Source of the DNA: Ministeria vibrans ATCC 50519
Lineage: Eukaryota > Protista > Filasterea
Length of the DNA: 53,077 nucleotides
Assembly: GCA_943704425.1 (NCBI GenBank)
Contig: CALSCP010001278.1
Location: 1 to 53,077 of the forward strand
Direction of reading: 5' to 3'
This document shows, piece after piece, positions 52,291 through 53,077 of the stretch; the first letter of the stretch is position 1, and each line of letters begins with the position of its first letter. Under the pieces are notes generated by a model. That model was given only the letters and a program-made list of their open reading frames with translations. It did not search any database and was not told the origin of the DNA. A program made the translations under genes and the position numbers.

Positions 52291-53077
52291 CTACAGAGAA
52301 TAAACATTTATCAGGGGGGAAAAAAAAAGCGAAAACTGAACTTAGACACACGCAATCATTGGCGTTTTCAGAGCCACAGAGACGTACACACACTACAGCC
52401 ACCCATGACAAGCAGGCGCGGCAAACGCTGTCGTGCAAACAGTGGATGTCACGAAAAAAACAACACTGACTTGTCTTGCGCTCGCACACAGCCGCCAGAC
52501 CGCTTTCGACGCGCATCTTTCGCCAACAGCACCCCTTCGCCCCATTCATACGCACCTTCGCCTATTTCACGCCCCCTCTCGAATCATGTGATGTCTCAAG
52601 TTTTTTTTTTTTTCTTTTTTCTTTTTCTTCTTCTTCTCGAAGTTGCGATGCAATTCACGTCCAGTCACCCACACAAACTCGACGCCATGAACACACTCCT
52701 TTTCCAACATACCTTGTAAGATTTTTTTGAATTTTTTAATTTGTTATTCTTTCTTCAAATTCAAACCCCTTTAGATTGATGATTGATCAATGATCACTTC
52801 CCCGACACTTATTTGATCATTTCGTTTGTATCTGCTCTGCACATCAGCTCCCATTAGCCATTACATACCATGGGACGGATCCAGTGGGGCTTGTGGGCCA
52901 ACAACCAAGGTTTGGATCCTCACCCGCCCTATCGCACTCCCCCCCTCCTCCCACACTCGCCCACACCCATACCACTCCACTTTCCGTGATTTCACGCATC
53001 CTCTCCCATTTTTCGTCCATCTCAATGAGACAAAAAGAAGAACGAGAAAAAAAAAAAAAAAAAAAAAGTAAAAAACT

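Noticed and set aside
52740-53077. 81-aa ORF at the window end
   Set aside because: Non-ATG start, low complexity and poly-A derived; more likely upstream regulatory DNA of progranulin.

Overview
Gene-dense, intron-containing eukaryotic DNA. Coding regions are GC-rich, intergenic spacers are short and AT-rich, the introns I resolved are GT-AG, and the code is standard. Gene content (progranulin, DAG lipase, golgin-245, BRCA1-like, FAXDC2) suggests a unicellular amorphean protist; this is inference only. By manual splicing I find about 20 protein-coding genes: MFS transporter, RPC9/CRCP, URB2, FYVE protein, DEDDh RNA exonuclease, two tandem CBS-domain paralogs, CDK10, a catalytically degenerate MoxR-type AAA+ protein, SLC36-type transporter, an orphan membrane protein, FAXDC2, DAG lipase, a ~2400-aa MBT-pseudokinase-HECT fusion, importin-9 (3' truncated), a small orphan, BRCA1-like (5' RING half missing), a single-domain granulin, golgin-245 and a 3-repeat progranulin. 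There are also two orphan first exons. Main findings: (1) a 54-bp fully paired fold-back (one G:U on the + strand) in a non-coding gap where a divergent partner gene would be expected, a candidate miRNA/hairpin-RNA gene; (2) the MBT + pseudokinase + HECT E3 architecture; (3) a MoxR-like pseudo-ATPase; (4) a GAAGTGCGAG motif cluster shared by the first introns of both CBS paralogs; (5) a dispersed CTATCACTTTGTT minisatellite family; (6) two probable mis-joins or rearrangements at simple repeats. All family calls come from motif recognition; no searches were run.
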